Origin: the human T2T-CHM13v2.0 reference genome, Homo sapiens
Length of the DNA: 64,000 bases
Assembly (NCBI RefSeq): GCF_009914755.1
Contig: NC_060927.1
Strand: one strand, 5' to 3'
How positions within the stretch are numbered: position 1 is the stretch's first letter; the number at the start of each line of letters is the position of its first letter. Both the position numbers and the translations under genes were made by a program. The notes below the pieces were generated by a model that saw only the letters and a list, made by a program, of their open reading frames with translations, was not told the origin of the DNA and searched no databases. Positions 41,544-54,625 of this stretch are shown here, in pieces.

Positions 41544-42093
41544 TGTTACCATCTCCTGTGGAGGAGTCCAATGAGGGGAGGATAGTAAAGAGGATAACAG
41601 TGCCTACCACTGGGAGCAGCAGTCATGGAATGTTAACCTACTGCATGGTTCGCAGGTGTTGGGATCTCCAAGAAAGACTCACACGAGTACTGGATGGAAC
41701 AATGCTTTACTATCATATAGAAGAAACAGAGAAAGCCCAGTTTCAACAGTGAGTATCAGTTCAGTTTCTTATGATCAGCGGGTCTCGTCCCACAGTCGAC
41801 ACAGGAGATGACTTGCACGCACCCGTCTTGGGCAGCAGGTGAAGGACCCCATTTCCTCCCAACCAGGAAGAGACATAGCAGGGGATGCCATATGATGAAC
41901 ATGCTTAAGCAGAACAGAAGAATACACATCACGTCTGGAACAGGAAAAATATTCCCAAACAAAGAGATACACCCAGCACAGGCTATGAAAGCTTTCTATC
42001 TCTTTTTAAGAACTGGTTCCAGACCCAAAGCACATTCTTAGCCAACCATGCAAGAATTAAAAGACCACATACCCATGATGGCCTTTCGCAGCA
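41544..42093 (-). mobile_element. MER70-like ERVL solo LTR
   Basis: tgttacca...ggaggagtcc...gtactggatggaacaatgctttac...gcttaagcagaaca...ctggaacaggaaaaatattccc...ggcctttcgcagca. Confidence 0.75.
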
Positions 42094-42121
42094 ATATTTA
42101 TCTTCAAATATTTGAATAATT

Positions 42122-42165
42122 GTTTTTGTTGTTGTTGTTTTTGCTTTTTGTTTGTTTGTTTTTGT
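42122..42165. repeat. (TTG)n/(TTTG)n
   Basis: Seen directly. Confidence 0.85.
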
Positions 42166-43289
42166 CTTCCAAAAGAAGTCCAACCTTACTTTGAGTCACT
42201 CCAGATGGTAGGACCTGAATTTATACTGGAAAGGTACATGGAAGCATACTACACCTCAAAATAAGAAAAGGTGTCAAACAAATCTATCAGAAACCAAAAT
42301 GGGCCATATTTAAATAATTGTGCTTTTTCTTCTAGATCATATTCACAAAGATGACACATCTTAGTGCCATGGCAAATAATTGTCCCCTTTATCAGGAAAC
42401 ATAGATGACTTTGAAGATTTCTATCTTGGCCAAGATTCTATGCTACAGTGTCATTCTAATTCTAGTGTGAAGTAACAATAATATTAAATAGAAAATAAAA
42501 CAAACAGTATCTTCTTCATTTATTGCTCTAGCAAAATGTTTATGGATTGGGTCATGTAAACAACTGAGCCCCCATCTCACCAAAATATTAGAAACTACAA
42601 ACGTACACACAATTACCCTCTCTAATTCTGTCTCTCTGCTCCCCACCTCTCTCTTACTCTCAAGAGGGAAGCTATTTTACCAGCTGTAGAGGCAAGCTCT
42701 AATGCCACCTATCAATTACTCTGTATCCTTACTTTCTCACTCCCATCAATTTCTAACATCAAACTCCATAAAATGTTAACATATTCATTCTGAGGTCATC
42801 CTGCTTACAGAGAGGGCATCCTATCAACAAGGATATCCAAAAGACATATTCATTAAAGAGTCTTTTTTTAACCCACAGAAATATTGAAGTTATCTTGTGC
42901 AGACATGTTTTATTTTTGTCACTTTTAATCACTATACTAACCTAAAAATTAAAAAAAATAGTAAATTTCAGTTTGTCTCACTCATTGTATTTATTCCTAC
43001 ACTAAAAGCTAGCTTTCCCCAAAAGTCTACATATTAGGTTTTCTAAAAAGTGAGATAACACAATGATATTATAGAAAGAAAAGTGGATTTAAATTTTCGA
43101 ATTCATATAAGCTATATACCTACAGCATATACTATTATAAAATTTGGTGGAAATGCTAGGAATGGCACATAGAGTTAATTTTCTATAAAATTTTTTAGAA
43201 TACAATAGAAACAACTTGTCTTAATACATTGAATTCAAATAATCTTTGAATGGAAATAACACAAACAGCATGACTGTCATTTATAAAAG

Positions 43290-45990
43290 GAAACAAAGCC
43301 TAGAAATTGATAAATACATACATTACAAATTAAAATTTCACTGTGACATTATTTCTTACCCAGTAGATTAGCAAAATGTTTGAAAGTATATCAAAGTATA
43401 CTTTATTCTAGACCAAAGGGAAATAGAAAAATATATTGCTGGTGAGCATGCTTAAAAGTGGTACAACTGAAACATTTAACAATACCTAGTAAAGTTGCAG
43501 ATGCATTTGGCTTTTGTCCCTGAAAATCTCATATCTAGGAATGTATCCCAAAGATACACTAGAAAAACTATAAAAAGGTATAGGCACAAAGCTGTACATC
43601 AAAGGATGGGTTTTATATAAGTAAAAGAGTGGAAACAACCCAAATATGCATCAATATGGGACTTCCTTAAGAAATAACGGCATGCTTCATAAAAAAGAGA
43701 GCCCTCTGCTGCTGTAAGAATAAATGAGGAGGCTTCTATATGTTACTATGAAGGGAAACTCTCAGATTTTTCATTATTGGGGGGAAAAAGCAAGATAAAT
43801 AATAAATGTATTTTGTCACCATTTAAGAAAGGAAGGAATGTGAATATATATGCCTACATTTGACAAACGATGGAATGAAAAACTAAAGTGTGTTTTTTTT
43901 GAATACTTAACCTACAGGCAGAGTGAAGGCATAGGATCAATGGCACAGGGATAGGAGCCAGACATCTTTGAATACACCTGTTTTCATATATTTAAAAAAG
44001 CAAACTTCCCAAATAAAAAAGAAAATAAAACAAATAAACCAAATTGTGTAACCTGTTTTTGACATAACCACCCAGAAAGTGGTTATTTCAAGAGCCTGTA
44101 ATACATCAATTAGCAGTTTATCCCTGATGTGAGATATGCCAGAGGGGGAAAATACTGCAAAAATTGTTTTTAAAAAATTCTTAAATTGATTTCACTAATC
44201 AAATTGTTGGTGAAAATTGGCATTGTCTTCTAAGACTTTCATATAAGCAATTATGTGATATCTTCATTCTATCATTGCTGGTATTACTGTGAACTTGTAT
44301 TTTCCAGGTGGCAGAAAGGAGATTTAAATTAGAGTTGATCAAATAAAAATTCAGTGGTTTTAAACTGTAATTGGAAGAATCAGTTGAGCTCATAATATAT
44401 TTAAGCTTTTTTAAAAAGTAACCCTACCTCCACTCACTGAAAAGAGTTAAAATTAATGACCTATAGTTGCCTATAAGATAAAAGGAACTAGGGCTCCTTG
44501 GAAAAATGGCCATTCCAGATATGGAGCCGATACATACAAGATGAGACTAGAAGCTTGTACCTCTTAGTAATATAGACATCAAATACTACCTTAGTCATGC
44601 CAAAGGGAGTGTAAGTAAATTTGAAGAGGCTTCCATTGGCCAGTGAATGGACAAGAAGGATAATTGCTGCAATGTAGGGAAAATATCAAATATATTTGAA
44701 ATAATGATTTTGCAATTATATTAAAACACACAAAAAAATCTTATTTGGTTGAACTATACTAGATAACACACAGTTAGTTTAAAAATTGTTAAGTAAAAGA
44801 GAAAATCCAATCATTTATTCATCTCTTCTGCGTGCATTTTACCCAGTAGTAACCAAACAGAGGATGATGGGAATTTTGCATTTCTGGAAATATGACATGT
44901 AATAAATGAATAAAGAATTTAAATAATCAAAGTAGATAGATTACTAATAGCTGTCAAATAACATAAAGAAAGATAAAATTATGTGCCTACTAATTAAAGA
45001 ACATATCACCACCAATGAAGGAGATTCAGGAAAAATATCATACATGAATCTGATCGAGCTTCTAAATTCAACTACCAATGAATAGGCTATACATTGACCA
45101 GACAAATATGCTCAAAGATACTATGAAGATTCAGTAGTCTAAGTTTGGACTGTGGGGAACTCTAAAGGAAAGATTATAATATTTTCCAACACACAAACAT
45201 CAAAGAAAAACAAAGAAAGATGAAAGGAAAATCTCTATTGAAGGAGAGGCCAGCAGCACATTTCAAAACAAATGCACTGTGAAAACTTTATTTGGATACC
45301 TAGTGAATTAAACTATTAAAAAATATATTCATGAGAAATTGTAAATTAGGATCCTAATTGCTATTTTGTATATTAAGAAATTTTATCATAGGTGTGATCA
45401 TGGTAATGCTTTTTAATTTTTTCAGGAATTTTTAATAGAGATACATATTGAAATACAGATTAAATGTTATTTCAGGGTTATTTAACTCTAACATTGTAGG
45501 GTCTTCGTAGGTGAGTGTGTTAGCTCAGGTTCCCCAGAAGGAGACCTTGAGTCAAGAATTCATGGGCACATTTTGTTACATGAGTATACACACTGCTACA
45601 GAGAGCAGAACAAGAGTAGGTAAGAAGAAGTAAGATTTTATGCGAAGTCCTGCAGAAGGTAGCTTTAGCAAAATCCTGCAGTGGAAGTCAAGAGTACACA
45701 CAAATCTTTGAGACTTCCTGATTCAATGCAAAGGAGCTATGCTTCTATACCCTACCTCTGACAATGACTGTTTGAGAGCTGCCCAGGGACTAGTAAATTG
45801 CCAAACATTTCTGTCTTGGAAATGAAGGTATGGAGGCACACAAATAGGAAACTGAAGAATTGGCTTTGAATGTTGCAATCGCTTTACGTAGAACAAGATT
45901 AATCAGGAGTTGATAATTGTGGAGACTGGGTGACAGATGGTGGAAACACGGATATTCTCTGTATTGTTCTGTGTATTTTTGAAACTGCTT
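43290..45990 (+). mobile_element. Old L1M ORF2 end and long 3' UTR, split by an ERVL LTR
   Basis: cccagtagattagcaaaa, ctaggaatgtatcccaaagatacac, ggaaacaacccaaatatgcatcaata, aactagggctccttggaaaaatggc, gttgataattgtggagactgggtga. Confidence 0.75.
45516..45880 (-). mobile_element. LTR33/LTR16-like ERVL LTR fragment
   Basis: tgtgttagctcaggttccccagaaggagaccttgagtcaagaattc. Confidence 0.55.
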
Positions 45991-46708
45991 AATCTCATCC
46001 CCTCCTTAAAAATGCTTTAAATGATAAAAATATTTCAAAAACTAAAATAAAAGGGCTGATTTCAAACTAGTCCCCATCTAAGGTATACCTTGAGATATCA
46101 AGTTGGAGGTTGATGTATCAAGGTGTCAGTGAGGTGCTACAGAAAGGTGTCACTGAGCTCCATGGAGGGAGCATGAAACAGATCTTCAAAAGCTCATTTT
46201 CTCATTGCCTCCAGGCCAGCATTTTCTCATTGCCTCCACCTCCATTCCAAGAGTCAATCACCCCTACATGATAATCAGTCGAGAGCTGTCACTTGTAAAC
46301 TCCTTTAGATGGCAGAAGTCTTTACAGAGAAGACTGTTTCCACAAATTAACTAGAAACAATTTGGGAAAAAAAAAAAAGAAAAGAAAAGGTACATTCAGC
46401 CTGATGATTCAATTGCAGGCTAAACCAGAATCTAATAATTTGGTCTGCATTTATTCTCAACATGGCTTGGATACAAAAGTACACCCCTGGCTCTCATGGT
46501 TTCCATGCAATGCATTTTTAGGTACAAATAATAACGCTCCTATAAAAAGGACTTCTGTTTACCTCACAAAAATTGCACTAAAACAATCCACCACTCTGAA
46601 GCCACTAATTTTAACAAGAACCCTGTCTCCAAGCAAATGAAACTATCTTGAGAGTAACTAAGTAAGATTTTCACATAAACAAAACCATTCTAACAAGCAG
46701 CAAGCTAG

Positions 46709-47200
<492 letters not shown>

Positions 47201-47531
47201 CATACCTACATATCCACATATCCTTATTCTGAATCCGATACTTTAACCAAGTTCAAAGGACTACTGTATAAATTAGAGAATTAGTCATCAAAGTTATTTT
47301 ATCATTGTTCTTTCTTACTTTTAAACAATGTGAATTATAAAGCCTGAGAAATGGAACAGACACAGAGCTTTTACTTTATGTAAATTTCTCCTCTGCACTT
47401 GCCTTCTCAAAATATGTTTCACCGTTCAATTCATATATTTATTCAAAAGGTTCACCCAACTACACAAGGAATAGGCAAAGGAAATGATTTTTTTTTAATT
47501 TACTATGAGGCTGAGCTGTTCCTTCTTTCTT

Positions 47532-47657
47532 TTTTTCTTTTTTTTTTTTTTTTGATTTAACTTTTACTTTAAGTTCAGGGGTTTATTCTGTAGCTAAACT
47601 TGTGTCATGGGGTTTGCTATGCAGATTACTTCATCACCCAGGTATTAAGCCTAGTGC
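47532..47657 (-). mobile_element. 5'-truncated L1PA 3' end
   Basis: T-tail, aacttttactttaagttcaggg...cagattacttcatcacccaggtattaagcctag; TSD cttctttctt at 47522-47531 and 47659-47668. Confidence 0.85.
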
Positions 47658-47867
47658 TCTTCTTTCTTGATCTGTTCTTTGTTTGATTAGCAAGGGAAAT
47701 GTTAAATGTCTAAACTCTGTGAACACTTCTGAGATGATCATTTACTAATTCCTTCACTTAATGCTTAGACATTGAATTTTTTAAAAATGCCCAGTTGTTC
47801 ATATTTCTGTCTTCCAACTTCGTCTCAACTCCCCACTAGCCAACATTTCCAGAATGGTCTCTGGGTA

Positions 47868-48180
47868 TGTATTAGTTTTCTGTTGCTGCCTTAATAAATT
47901 GCCACAAACTTGGTGCCTTAAAACAACAGAAATTTATTCTCTTACAGTTCTATAGGCCAGAAGTCCAAAATCATGGTGTCAATAGATCTTTTGTCTTAGC
48001 CTGTTTTATGCTTCCATAACAGAATACCTGATACCAGGTAATTTATAAATAACAAGGTTTCTTTCTATCAGTTCTAGAAGCCGGGAAGTTTAAGATTGAG
48101 GATCTGGCATCTGGTGAGGGACTTCTAGCTGTATCATCTCATGGTGAAAGGCAGAAGGGCAAGAGAGAGAACCCACCCCT
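47868..48180 (-). mobile_element. MLT1 LTR 3' fragment (47868-47990) abutting an MSTC/D-like LTR fragment (47992-48180)
   Basis: tgtattagttttctgttgctgcc...aaaacaacagaaatttattctcttacagttc; tgtcttagcctgttttatgcttccataacagaatacc...gcatctggtgagggacttc. Confidence 0.75.
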
Positions 48181-51100
48181 AAAAGTGATGTAAAACAACA
48201 TGGTATAAAAAAGGGGGGCTGGGTCTTTATGCATTGCTGCCTCTCTTTCCTCTAGTTCTCCATCAATACTTTGGTTACCTCATAGCTGCTTACCCCACAA
48301 TCATCTGCTGTATGGTCTGCTTAGTGTGAACTGCTAAGTTTACTTTGTGGGAGCTGATTCATAGTCTGAAAGAAGAGAGTCTGCAAATCATCTCATCGTA
48401 GAATCTAAAAAGTGGCAAGGAATAGAGGCCACATACTTATTTAATGCAGCATCTCTCCAATTAGGACTTTAGCCCAAAGAGGAGAAAACAGAGACACTAT
48501 TCTAGCTTCTAGAAAATAAGGACACTCTCTTCCTTTTCTTTCTCTGCTTCTCATTGACCATCCTCAGTGTTATGAAAATTGCCACCACACCTTTTCTTCT
48601 TCCCATACCTTCTTTTCTTCCTCCAAAATAAAAAGATGTAGAAACAAAAAATATAGTCTCTAAACCTCAAATGAGCTTTCTCAACTAAGTCAGCCAGACT
48701 AACCATTGATATATTAAAGAAATTGATAAAGAAATTTACAAAATCCTTTTTCAGTCTAATTTGCCTGACTTAAAAACCTCATACATCTCAGTGCCAGATC
48801 TTTGTAGAAAACATAAAAAGTTAAAGATTTTCTGGGTGCCTCACTTTGATTATTTCAGTAACATTGCTAATAATTTCCCATCCCACCCCCATTTGCCCTA
48901 AACCTGTTCAGGTCCTGAGCATGAGAAATGCATATTTTGGCTAGATGTGGTAAAAATCTTGTACTCTGTATCCTAACCTTTTTGATAACAAAATAATAGG
49001 CATGAAAATGAAAAAGGCAACCGGAAGATCACAATTAGTAAGAAAAAGCACAGAAACGAAAATGAAGTGGAACTAAAGGCCTCATCATGGATCTTTGTGA
49101 TGCCAGCAGGTTCCAAGCTTCTAGCAATTTCTCCTCACTGGCCCTGTTTCCCTATTTCTCTCCTGTTTTCTTTTCGTCTTGTTTCCATGAGGGCTCCCCA
49201 GCTTGCTTTTCTTCATCAGTACTCCAGCAGTTCCTTCTAGAAGATCTTCCTGTGCTAGGGAGAACAGCCTTCTTGCCACAGTTTCACCAGCTGCTCAGCA
49301 CTGATGCTGGCATCTCCTATTTAGGGCCTGTTTTTTTTTTTTTATGCCCCCCACCCCGATCCCGCTTCCATACTCAGCAAGCAGCTGATTTCCTTTAGCT
49401 CCAGTTTAACAGCGTTAACTCAAAGCCCCCGTGTGACAGAAACTTAAAAGAACATCCATCATGGAACTCTTTGCATATATGGAATGGAGAGAAATCTAAA
49501 AACCACACAGAGAGGAAGGAGCCCCTTACATGCCTTCACCCATATAAAGGGGGGAAAAAAAGTTTTCCCAGCATAGGTGGGATGGAGGAGAAGTGAGAGG
49601 CTTTCCTTAAACCAACTCTGAGGACATGCTTGAACTTTACAGTGCATGTTCAGCTTTAATCAGAAGATCTCTGCACAGCCTCAAGACCTAACCTCAGTTT
49701 CCAGCACGCAGCACTCACTGTGCCTTATCCTGTAACATCAGTGAATGCTCGGGTGCACATATGCACAGTAGCTGACTTTACAAAATGGGTAGAAATGGCA
49801 CTCCAGGGCCAGAGCTTGCCCTTTGTTTAAGGATGGATCAGATTCATGTTACAGTTTATTGTTTTTAAGATTACAAAACTGTGAGGTTAGTTCTCTTGCC
49901 TATAATTCATCAGTCCTTTGAATCATCAAATGACATGATGACTCATGAATTTCTTCCTTCATAGGTCATATTTTAATCTTATACGAATTTCATATGAAAA
50001 ATGAGAAAAGCATCCACTCATCATACAAAAGGGACACGAGTGAGTTTGGACTGAAAAAAAGATGACAAAAAGGAAAAAGAACCCAGCCAATAATGCAGCA
50101 AAATTCTATTCTTTGACGGTCTTATCCACTGGAATAGTCAGAGGTAAGTAAATACACAGTTTTCTTCATATTAGTGAGGAGATCATCCTTCTCTTTAGTC
50201 AAACTCAGAGTCTTAGTTTTCTTTTTTGCACCAAGTTTATTTGTTTTTCATTTTCCACTTGGTAAAATATAACTTCTGCTGAGGCTGGTTACTTAAATGT
50301 TCTATCTTGAGTTTAATTGTAATCACGTGGCATTTTAAATCTGAAAATTCACAAAAAACTTTTATTTAAATCATTTAAAAAGATCCCTTTCCTGCTATTG
50401 AAATTTAATTATTATAAGAACAGTACCACTATGTTAAAATATAATCACCTTACTCCTTTTGGCTTCATGACAGTGTTCATAAAGTGCTTAATATTCATGT
50501 AACATGCTACCTCACCCTGTAATATCACTATATTTATGGAAAGAAAGTGTAATCCTCTTTACTGGCTCAGGTTAATTCCAATAAAATGTTACATCCATTT
50601 TCTAATCTAAATGAGTTCATTAGGAGAGGCATGGTACTGAGAATACCAAACTCTCTACAGAGTTCAGCTTCATTACATTTCCGCACTGTGCGTTTCCAGA
50701 GCTGTTGTACTACATTTATGAGGATTTATCTGTACTGTTCCAAAAACATTCATCCTAATTCTACTCCTTCTGTGCATGCTAATCATGAATATGTTAAGTG
50801 GAAATACTAAGCTTGTAGCCAATCTCATCCCCAGATGGGTTCAAGTTATGATTACAGAAGCAAATTTGCCATAAGCACTCTTAGAGCAGTGCCAGGGAGG
50901 AGGAAATGAAGGTCTGGAGCAGCACTCAGGAGAAAAAAAAAAGAAAGTAAAAAGACAGTTTGAGACAGAGTAGGAGTGTCATAGATGTTAGAGACATAGA
51001 ATAAAAAAAGGTATTTCCAGATTGCTGTGTCTCAGAAAGACTTCCAATAAATTATAAATAGACCTGTTCTGAAGAAATTTGAAATAGATGCAAGAATCAA

Positions 51101-53229
51101 ACCATTACCTTTAAATGTTTGGAGTCTCCACAAGTCTATAATCCAGAGTTGAACTTTACATTATTCATCTTATTATATCTAGCAAATCTTCACTCCACTA
51201 AGGCTTCCATTTGAATAAAATAATGGACCTTTTAGGAAGGAAGACAAGACCAACCTGGGATGTTCACATCGTAAATAATTATACAATCCCCAACTGTCTG
51301 CCCATGGAGTGCCTTCACTTCTTTTATTTATTTACTTATAGATTTTTACATATACCTAGCAGATTTGTTTTCTTTCCTCTAAGGTAAGAGAAGCAATAAT
51401 AGGTTATTTGATTCATGTATCACAGAGGGTGAAACCATCAAGAATCCTTATCACCTCCTTTATGTTAGCATGTGCAGTGACTTCATGGTAAAACCATTTT
51501 AATCTACATTTTGTGTATTTAGTCAACAAAACAAAGATTTCCCAAATAGGTTGTAGATATCAACCTATTTTAGTAGAAAAATGAGATGAAGATGAACAAG
51601 AAGCAAGATGTTTCTGACTGTTGGTTATTAAAGCCAGATACAGGTTCATCTTCATAAAGTCTGCAATAAAGGGTGAGCCTAAAGTGAAAGGCAGCAGCCA
51701 CTGGTTGTCACTGTTGTACCACAAAACAGCAATTGCAGGTCTATTCTTTCAAAAGGCTGCCTTTTGAGAACAGTTTGAAATGATGTATTTGACTATTTGG
51801 TTTATCATTAAAACTGAGCACACAAACCTGCAAGGCTCCACGGATTGCAGTCTAGTAGTAGACATTTTGATGTGGGAGTTTGACAGAAAAATAGTTCTAT
51901 ATGAATTACATTGAAATATGAAATAAAGATTTCATTATCTACTTAAACAAATACTCTGTTTTTAAATGGTCATGTGAGATACATGCTACATCTGTTAATT
52001 AAAGCACACATTCGTTCTGATGTTTAAACTAAATAGTATTATGGTAATGCCTAGTGTATATAATTGATCACTTCAAGGCTTAGATACATTACTCAAATGA
52101 AGTGTTTTCTAATGATTGAGCTTATATCATTTTTAAGCAGTAGATGAGTAGACAGCCTGACATAATCTTCCCTTTCCCAAATCTGATTAAAACTGGCAAG
52201 ACAAGAAATCAATGGGATCCTGAATATAAAATCCCCAAATATCCTGCTGTGTTTGAAATTAATTAAGTACTGTGAGGCAGAAGCCTCAAATCAATAAACG
52301 TCAATGATGGTAGTGTTAAAGATGGGAAGAGTTGGCAAGAAATCAGCCTGGTGTTCATGGTTGTAAGATGATTGTCTACTCTAAGAAATTAAAGTTTAAA
52401 ATTAGAACAATTGTGCTTAGGCAAAATGCAGAGACAGGTTTTGAAAGGCAAGAACAATGACTGTGTTTCTGAAGACAGTCTTCTAAATTTGGAAAATTAT
52501 ACTTCTTAAGAAAACATGAAATAGTACTTCAATTGTACCTTCAATGAAATCAGATCTTTCCAAATTGAGTCAATAATCAATTTAAAAAATGGACATTGGT
52601 GTCTTCCAGAGATCACAGTGAGAGTGCCATGGAGTAGGTGGGGAAGCTAAAAGTATCAGTGGTGTTTTATATATCATTTCTACATAACTAGCTCAACTAT
52701 GGAGTCTACTTTCACATGAGTTTTCCAGATTAAATACTATTGTTTTTCAAGGTCATTTTTTCTTGCGTTATCTCTATATTCTCTACTTCTTTCCCTTGTT
52801 TCTTTCTTTTTAACTTCTTGCTTTCTTGCTTTCTGTTTTTCTTAACCTCAGGCATAAGCTGTAATCCAAAAGCAATGAGGTAAATGCATAATCAGGAAAG
52901 AATATAATTAATGCTACCTATGTTGTTAAGTAATAAACATATGTCACATTATTGAAATTTTTCTGATTAAAAATAGGTAAATATGTAAAGAAATCATTAC
53001 AGTCATACCTCTTGTGTGGGATTCTATTTTCATCCAGAGGTAAACATTTTAAATACATTGATTTTTTCCTTAATATGGCAAATGAGAATAATTGTCTTCT
53101 CTTGAAAGAGGCAATCACAGTGGCAGAAACAATTTCACAAGGAAGAGATTTATGTCCAAACAATTATACTATACAAAGAAAGCTTATCAATAATGGTATC
53201 TATTCATATAAACTTCTCAATGTGTTCTT

Positions 53230-53413
53230 TAATCCAAATGTTTTTAAAGTCAGAGGAAGAGTAGCCACATAATCAATACAGGTACTTGTGAAAAATGACA
53301 GTTTCAAGCCTTTACATGAGACCTAGAGAATAAAGATCTCTCCATACAGCCTCTAAATACATATTTTCAACAAACTTGAAATGATTAGGAGCATTAAACT
53401 TTGAGAGCCACTC
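53230..53413. mobile_element. MER5-like fragment
   Basis: catattttcaacaaac...aaactttgagagccact. Confidence 0.45.
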
Positions 53414-54289
53414 TTTCTGTCTCATTAAAGAAGAGAAGAAATGAATATATGGCATTACAAATGTTATAATTACATCATTTTCATGGTCAATGGAGTCAAA
53501 CGACCAGGGTTTTATGACTTAGATGAACAGCTCGGAATAGAAGGTAGCTTTATATTAATATTTATTTCCTAATATAATTATATATTTATAATGAGATATT
53601 TCATAAACCACATGGAATATAAACTCTAATTCAAGAAAGGGATCTTTTAAAAACATGTAGGATGAAAGGGGTTCTCACTAAATATATGCATTCATTGGCC
53701 ACAATAACAACAACCAAAAAAAGGTCTCCACATTTCTTCTGTCCTGTGTCAGCTTTTGTATCATTGCCCTGTTTACTAAGGTTTTATTAGGTACCAACAG
53801 GTTGTTATTAAATTACTTGAGGAAAGTTTCTTCGTGTTCCAATTCTTTGCATGTCTAAACTACTCAGTTCTATTCATGTAGTAGGTATAGGGTAACCATT
53901 TGGTGAATTAGGAAGTTAATTAAGCACACACTGCATACTTCCCTAAGGCCATAGATATATTCTTTAAACATTTAGAGTAAAGCACATTTTTGTAAATTAA
54001 ATAACCTTCAATTTAGTGCTTAAAGTAAAATCATTTAATATCCAACTACACTCTAGTGCCGCACGACCTCTATGTCCTCTGAAAGAGGTGCAATGAATGC
54101 ATAAATAGCCTCAACCAGATGCATAAATAGCCTCAACCAGAGGAGAAGGGACATAAAAGATTGGAAGGAAAGAAGGCATCAAGGTGTAGTGCAGACATGG
54201 CCAAGCTGAGATTTAAGGCTGTGACCCTTTCTAGTCTCCTCTCCATTTTAGAGTTAGAAGCCACCTTCAGGTTGTAGGGGGGACACAAG

Positions 54290-54625
54290 CCAGCTAGCTA
54301 GAAGACTAGAATTCCCAACTTGCCTGGCGGCTAGGGGTGGCCATGTGACTGAGTTCTCTCCATAGGAATATGAGATTGCACATATCATTTTCATAAAAGG
54401 GAATTCCTTTCCCTTTTTATTTTTATTTTCTTCTCTAGGAAGTTAAAATGCTAGCACAGTGGTGACCCAGCCTCAGTCTTGATGAACTATAACACTCTAG
54501 AGGAAGCACAGTAATGTAATAGAAGAAATCTTGGTACTTACCAGATGGATGAGAAGAAAGTACAGTTTTAGCTTGTCTGAGGTGCTACATTTTTAGCCCC
54601 TCTATCTTAGTCTATAACTGAATTA
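54290..54625 (+). mobile_element. Old MLT1 (I/J-like) LTR fragment
   Basis: ttcccaacttgcctggcggctaggggtggccatgtgactgagttct. Confidence 0.55.

Noticed and set aside
49540-49550. SRF CArG box
   Set aside because: CC-ATATAAA-GG has seven A/T bases, not six
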